Shown: piece by piece, positions 46,787-46,788 of the stretch
Position numbering within the stretch: the first letter of the stretch is position 1
How the letters are laid out: each line of letters starts with the position of its first letter
IMG/VR virus record: IMGVR_UViG_3300029822_000018
Span: 1-46,788 of that record
From: a virus
Taxonomy: Duplodnaviria; Caudoviricetes
Reading direction: 5' to 3' (one strand)
Length of the DNA: 46,788 nucleotides
Made by a program: the position numbers and the translations under genes
The notes under the pieces: generated by a model
Databases searched by the model: none
What the model saw: the letters and a program-made list of their open reading frames with translations, nothing else
What the model was told of the DNA's origin: nothing

Positions 46787-46788
46787 TC

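Larger units (their letters stand above)
1..46788 (-). mobile_element. Complete tailed phage genome (siphovirus-like, GTA-type tail tip)
   Basis: Has terminase, portal, capsid, tube, tape measure, Dit, hub and replication genes; no sheath gene; circular overlap. Confidence 0.93.

Overview
Apparently complete, circularly permuted ~46.7 kb siphovirus-type phage genome: bases 1-98 recur at 46689-46786. Almost every gene is on the minus strand; the one credible plus-strand gene is an XRE repressor. In transcription order the genome carries an early/recombination block, an SSB, replication genes with an iteron origin, a small-gene cassette array, a dUTPase, terminase/portal/head genes and GTA-like tail genes. 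The top candidate system lies at 32909-34237: a perfectly phased GGC-NN pentamer array, split into units by a GGTTCAA spacer, directly upstream of a RAMP/Cas7-like gene and a coupled accessory gene. It looks like an RNA-guided system with a gapped dinucleotide code (VIPR-like). Other highlights are a type III hammerhead ribozyme in the early leader, an 18-bp inverted repeat bracketing the tail-tube gene, a C4-like RNA before the replication genes, a -1 frameshift in the tail chaperone, and repeated domain insertion and paralogue duplication in virion proteins. I found no integrase, canonical endolysin, tRNA or CRISPR array. All calls come from reading motifs by eye; no database searches were run.
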